From: Kofleriaceae bacterium
Lineage (GTDB): Bacteria; Myxococcota_A; Polyangia; Haliangiales; Haliangiaceae
Assembly (NCBI GenBank): GCA_046597055.1
Contig: JBKJLC010000093.1
Span: forward strand, 1-42,047
Reading direction: 5' to 3'
DNA: 42,047 bases
Notes under the pieces: generated by a model
What the model saw: only the letters and a program-made list of their open reading frames with translations
Database searches by the model: none
Told to the model about the DNA's origin: nothing
Shown here: positions 37,551 to 42,047 of the stretch, one piece after another
Layout: each line of letters begins with the position of its first letter
Position numbering within the stretch: the first letter of the stretch is position 1
Made by a program: the position numbers and the translations under genes

Positions 37551-38225
37551 ATGGACAGGAATTCATATGGCCGGCGAGCCGCGGTCCGCGCGCCGACCCA
37601 CGGCAGCGTGGTGCTGCGCAGCCTGCGCGCCACGCTGTGCGGCCGCGTCGACGACATCAGCCGGCGCGGCGTCCGCGTCCGCACCGAGTCCCCGGTCGCG
37701 GCGGACACGGTGGCGGTGGGCACCGCGGTCGAGCTGGACATCCGGCTCGACGGGGCGGCGGGGACCTGGATCCGCGTGCACGGTTACGTCAACCGGATCG
37801 ACCCGCCGACCGGGTCGATCGCGCTCGCGCTCGACGAGGTGCCCGAGGACTTCGACAGCGTGGTGCAGGAGGAGATCGTGGCCACGCTGGCGTGCGAGCG
37901 AGTCCCGCACGTCATGCTGGTCGACGGTGACCCCGCCTATCGCGCGCGCCTCGCCGGCGCCCTCCACGCCGCCGGCTGGGCGGTCACCGAGGCCGCCAGC
38001 CCGCTCGAGGCGATCGCTCGGCTCGACGAGTCGCGCCTGCGCCCGCGCCTGATCGCGGTCGTCGACACGGTGCCGTCTCGCGACGCCGACCAGCTTCGTG
38101 ACTTTCTCGGCCACGCCTACCCCGCGCTGCCGGTGGTCGCGATCGGGCCCGGGCGCGCGCTCGAGCGCGGCGACGACGTCGCCGCGGCGGCCGAGCAGCT
38201 GGCGCGCCTGATCGCGCCGGCGTGA
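37551..38225 (+). CDS. PilZ domain plus receiver-like domain protein (start 37545 or 37551)
   Basis: RRAAVR and DISRRG PilZ motifs; then VMLVDGD...L...GW.V.EA.S..EA...L receiver pattern. Confidence 0.8.
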   Translation: MDRNSYGRRAAVRAPTHGSVVLRSLRATLCGRVDDISRRGVRVRTESPVAADTVAVGTAVELDIRLDGAAGTWIRVHGYVNRIDPPTGSIALALDEVPEDFDSVVQEEIVATLACERVPHVMLVDGDPAYRARLAGALHAAGWAVTEAASPLEAIARLDESRLRPRLIAVVDTVPSRDADQLRDFLGHAYPALPVVAIGPGRALERGDDVAAAAEQLARLIAPA

Positions 38226-38377
38226 CCGACCGCCGGGCGTCTGCCAGCCCGGCCGTCGCCCGCGCCGGGTGTCCGATCAGACTGCCTTGCTACGGTCCGA
38301 CGCACGCCAAGGGGGTGTTCGATGTCCGACTGCGGCATTCTGGATCTCGTCGCGCGCGTGGTCATCCCGGTGACGCG

Positions 38378-39316
38378 ATGACGCTCACCATCCCATGCTG
38401 GTTCGCGCCCCGCGCGGCGCTCGGCGATCCGACCCAGCGGGTCCTCGTCGAGACCGGGCCCACGGGCGCGCATCCGAGCCGGGCCCGGCGGGCGCCGCGC
38501 GTGCTGATCGGCCGCTACCAGCTGCAGCACCGGATCGGCAGCAGCGCCCGCGCCGAGGTGTACCTGGCCACCGATCAGGTGCTCGAGCGGGAGGTCGCGA
38601 TCAAGCTCCTGCGGCCGAGTCGAGCCCGCGATGCCAGCACCGTGGCGCGCTTTCGCGACGAGGCGCTCGGACTGGCGCGGGCCGACTCGCCGCGGGTGGT
38701 CGCGATCCACGACGTCTACCTCAGCGGCACCGACGAGCACTTCGTGGTCATGCGCCACGTCGTCGGGCGGACCCTGGCGCGGTACATGGTCGACGAGGGC
38801 CTGCCGAGGCTGAGCCACGCGGTCCGGATCACGCGCGACCTCCTCGACGGCCTGGCCGCGCTGGCCCGGCATCACCTGGTCGCGCGCGACCTCAAGCCGA
38901 GCCACGTGATGCTCGACGCCGACGAGCGCGCGGTGCTGCTCGCCGCCGAGCTGGTCGACGTCCGCCGCCAGCCCCCGCGGCCCGGCCCCGACGATCGTCA
39001 CGACCTCCGGCAGGTCGGGCTGCTGCTGCTCTACATGCTGACCGGCGTCACGGCGTGCGCGCCCGGCACGCCCGGCTTGGCGGTGCTGCTGGCCCGACTC
39101 CCGCGGCCGATCGCGCACGTGATCGAGCGCGCCCTCACGGCCGACCCGGCCGCGCGCTTCGCGTCCGCCGCGACGATGAAGGACCTCCTCGATCGCGCGC
39201 TGCCGGGCTCCGCGCCCTGGGTGCCCGGACTGGCCGTGACCGCGGCCGATGCCGATGCGGTGCCGACGCTGTGGCTGGATCCGGGCGCGACCGTGGTCGG
39301 CCAGCGTGGGCGCTGA
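38378..39316 (+). CDS. Ser/Thr kinase-like pseudokinase
   Basis: YQLQHRIG, VYLATD..L.REVAIK, F.DEA, ARDLKPSH, no DFG, RAL..DP..RF.SA. Confidence 0.8.
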   Translation: MTLTIPCWFAPRAALGDPTQRVLVETGPTGAHPSRARRAPRVLIGRYQLQHRIGSSARAEVYLATDQVLEREVAIKLLRPSRARDASTVARFRDEALGLARADSPRVVAIHDVYLSGTDEHFVVMRHVVGRTLARYMVDEGLPRLSHAVRITRDLLDGLAALARHHLVARDLKPSHVMLDADERAVLLAAELVDVRRQPPRPGPDDRHDLRQVGLLLLYMLTGVTACAPGTPGLAVLLARLPRPIAHVIERALTADPAARFASAATMKDLLDRALPGSAPWVPGLAVTAADADAVPTLWLDPGATVVGQRGR

Positions 39317-39502
39317 CCGTCAGCTCGCCTGGCTCCGCGAGTCCTTGGCGCCGCGCATCACCGCGGTCACCTGCAACATGGCGCCGACCGCGCCCTCGAA
39401 GCCGCCCATGCCGGACAGCTCGGCGGCGAACACGATCACGCGGGCAGACCGCCGTCACGGCCACTCGCAGCGCGACCGGACCGCGTCGCCCGGCGCGCGT
39501 GA

Positions 39503-41374
39503 TCAGCGATCGGCGCGGTTGCCGGCGATGCTCTTGATGGTCGCGACCAGCTCTTGCGGCTCGATCGGCTTGGACACGTGGACCTGGTAGCCGGCCAGCA
39601 TCACCCGGGTCCGGTCTTCGGACCGGGCGAACGCGGTGAGCGCGATCGCCGGGGTCCGACCGCCATCGACGGGGGCCAGGCTGCGCACGTCACGGATGAA
39701 CTGGTACCCGTCGCGATCGGGCATCCCGATGTCGCTGACGATCAGGTCGGGTCGGTGGGTGGCCACCGCCAGCAGCCCGTCATCAGCGGATGCGGCGGTG
39801 AACACCTCGGCGCCGGCGTCGGTGAGCACCGAGCTCACCAGCTCGCGCGCATCCGGTTCGTCATCGACCACCAGCACCCTGATCCCATCCAGCGAGACCA
39901 TGGGCAGCGTCACGATGCGATTGCGGCCGGTGGTCGGGTGCTCGCGCGGCGGCGGCGCCGGATCGCGGACCGCACGGACCGGGAGATGGACGGTGAAGGT
40001 GGCGCCGCTGCCCTCGCCGGCGCTGTGGGCCCGGATGGTTCCGCCATGCAGCTCGACCAGCTGCTTGACGATCGACAGGCCGAGGCCGAGCCCGCCGTGC
40101 CTGCGCGTGGTGGACGAGTCGGCCTGGCGGAACCGTTCGAACAGGTGGGGCAGGAACTCCGGGCTGATGCCCATGCCCGAGTCGTGGACGGTGATCTCGA
40201 CGTGCGAGTCCACCCGCTCGAGCAGCACGTCGATCCTGCCGCCCTTCGGCGTGAACTTCACCGCGTTCGTCAGCAGGTTCCACACGATCTGCTGCAGCCG
40301 GTTGGGGTCCCCGAACACCGGCCCCGCGTAGGGATCGAGCACCCGCCGCACGACGATCGACCTGGCATCGGCCGACGGCCGCACGCTCTCGATCGCGGAC
40401 TCGATGATCGTGGCCAGCTCGAGCCGCTGCACGTCGAGGCGGATCTTGCCCGACACGATGCGGTTCATGTCGAGCAGGTCCTCGATCAGCTTGGCCTGCG
40501 CGCGGGCGTTGCGGGCGATCGTCTCGAGCCCGCGGCGAGTGTCGGCGTCATCCTTGGCCCGCGACAGCAGGATCTCGGCCCAGCCCAGCACCGCGTTGAG
40601 CGGGGTCCGCAGCTCGTGCGACAGGGTGGCGAGGAACTCGTCCTTCATCAGCCCGACCCGCTCGAGCTCGAGCCGCGCGGCGCGCTCGGCCTCGAGGAGC
40701 TGAGTCCGCTCGTCGGCGGTGCGCCGGGCGGTCTCGTACATCCGCGCGTTGTCGATCGCGATCGCGGCTTGGGCAGCGATCCCGACGATCAGCCGCTCGG
40801 ACCGCTCGGTGAACACGTCGCGCGCGTCGTGCCCGAAGAACAGGCCGCCGATCACCTCACCCGACCGTGCGATCACCGGCACCGCCAGGTAGCTGCGCAC
40901 CGGCAGGTGGCCGGGCGGCATCCCGTGGTGCGGCGCCAGCTGTCCGTAGCGCGGATCGGCCTGGACATCGGCGATCCGGACCACGCCGTCGCCCCGGAAG
41001 GTCGGGGCGAAGATCGGGGTCGCCCGCGGGTGCCCGAACTTCTCGAACGCCTCGCGCGGCGCGCCCGACAGGGTGTACAGCGTGAGCACGTCGCCGTCGG
41101 GGTTGCGCGCCGTGTAGAAGAACGCGCCGAACTGCGCGCCGCTGAGCTCGGTGGCCGCGTCGGTCACGGCCTGGACGACCGACTGCAGGTCGAGGTTCGA
41201 CGCGAGGGTCGTGCCGGTCTTGTTGAGCAGGTCGAGGATGCGCGTCTCCTCCTCGAGCGCGTCCTTGGTCGTCCGCAGCTACTGCTCGGCGCGCTGGCGC
41301 GCGTACAGGATGCTCTGCATGGTCTGCAGCGCGGTCGAGCGCAGGCGCTGCTCCTCCTCGTCGGGCTCCATCAT
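39503..41374 (-). CDS. Cytoplasmic GAF - HisKA - HATPase - receiver hybrid histidine kinase with an internal TAG at codon 32
   Basis: ATG 41374 overlaps the upstream TGA; TAG at 41281-41279; GAF (AQFGAFFY...SYLAVP...GGLFFGH), SHELRTPL, NAVKFT, GGLGLGL, receiver (VVDDE, SDIGMP, KP). Confidence 0.9.
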
Positions 41375-42047
41375 GTGAGCCCGAGGACCTCGGCCGCGAG
41401 CGCGGTGCCGCGTACGCGGGCGGCGATCTTGGCAAACGCGACGTCGCGGGTGGTCGAGGCGTCGTCGCTGAACGGCGAGAACCCGCAGTCGTCAGTGGTG
41501 CCGAGCTGCGCGACCGGGATGTACTCGGCGGCCTCCAGGATCCGGTCGCGGACCTCCTCCGCCGTCTCGACGTGGGGATCGATCGGCGCGACCACGCCGA
41601 CGAAGATCCGCTGACCCGGCCGGAGGTGATCGCGGAGCAGCGCGAGGACCCGGCGGCGATCCGGCTCGCCGGCGAGCGCGACGTAGTAGCTGGTGAGATT
41701 TAGCTGCAGGAGGCTGGGTAGCAGCTCGGCGTAGTCGACGTCGGCGCTGTGGGTCGAGTCGCGATCGCCGCCCGGGCAGGTGTGCACGCCGATCCGCGCA
41801 CGCTCTTCCGGCGAGAACCGAGCGAGCGCGAGGTTGTTGATCTCGACGAAGCTGCGCAGCAGCGCGCCGCCCGGATCGAGCTTGACCGCGAGCCTGCCTT
41901 CGGTGAAGTCGACCTGCACCTTGTGCGCGCCGAGCTCGAGGCAGTCGCGGACCTCGGCGACGTGCTCGGCCAGCAGGTCGCGGATGAAATCCTCGCGCGG
42001 GTAACCGCGGATCTCGTCGGCGGGATAGAGCAGGCACAATGCCGACG
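41371..42047 (-). CDS. Cobalamin-independent methionine synthase II (MetE C-terminal-like) family protein, 5'-truncated by the window edge
   Basis: GAHKVQVDF, GVHTCPGG, FVGVVAP....VETAEEV..RI, DDCGFSPF, AFAKI. Confidence 0.85.
   Translation of the reverse strand, partial: SALCLLYPADEIRGYPREDFIRDLLAEHVAEVRDCLELGAHKVQVDFTEGRLAVKLDPGGALLRSFVEINNLALARFSPEERARIGVHTCPGGDRDSTHSADVDYAELLPSLLQLNLTSYYVALAGEPDRRRVLALLRDHLRPGQRIFVGVVAPIDPHVETAEEVRDRILEAAEYIPVAQLGTTDDCGFSPFSDDASTTRDVAFAKIAARVRGTALAAEVLGLT

Overview
A very GC-rich bacterial chromosomal segment with myxobacterial gene content. It carries an AgmX/GltG-type TonB-C protein, an FHA-sigma54 activator, a Ser/Thr kinase with a DUF4388-like domain, a TSP3-OmpA protein and many Cys-rich lipoproteins; a Myxococcota origin is an inference. 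There are about 37 genes, mixing housekeeping functions (gloB, metX, cystathionine beta-synthase, PCD, Zn-dehydrogenase, EamA) with accessory ones (PvdQ-like acylase, two divergent S1 proteases, a DUF3494 ice-binding lipoprotein, a FecR lipoprotein, two signalling systems). I found no rRNA, tRNA, CRISPR array, transposase or prophage. The best candidate for an undescribed system is a MetE-like (cobalamin-independent methionine synthase II family) gene translationally coupled to a cytoplasmic GAF hybrid histidine kinase. Other notable points: pervasive -10-only (leaderless-type) promoters; a palindromic operator over the metX promoter; a PilZ-REC plus pseudokinase pair; several enzymes with altered catalytic motifs; orphan 3' gene remnants; and three disrupted genes (1-bp indels and an internal TAG) that may be sequencing errors. 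All family calls come from motif recognition, not database searches.
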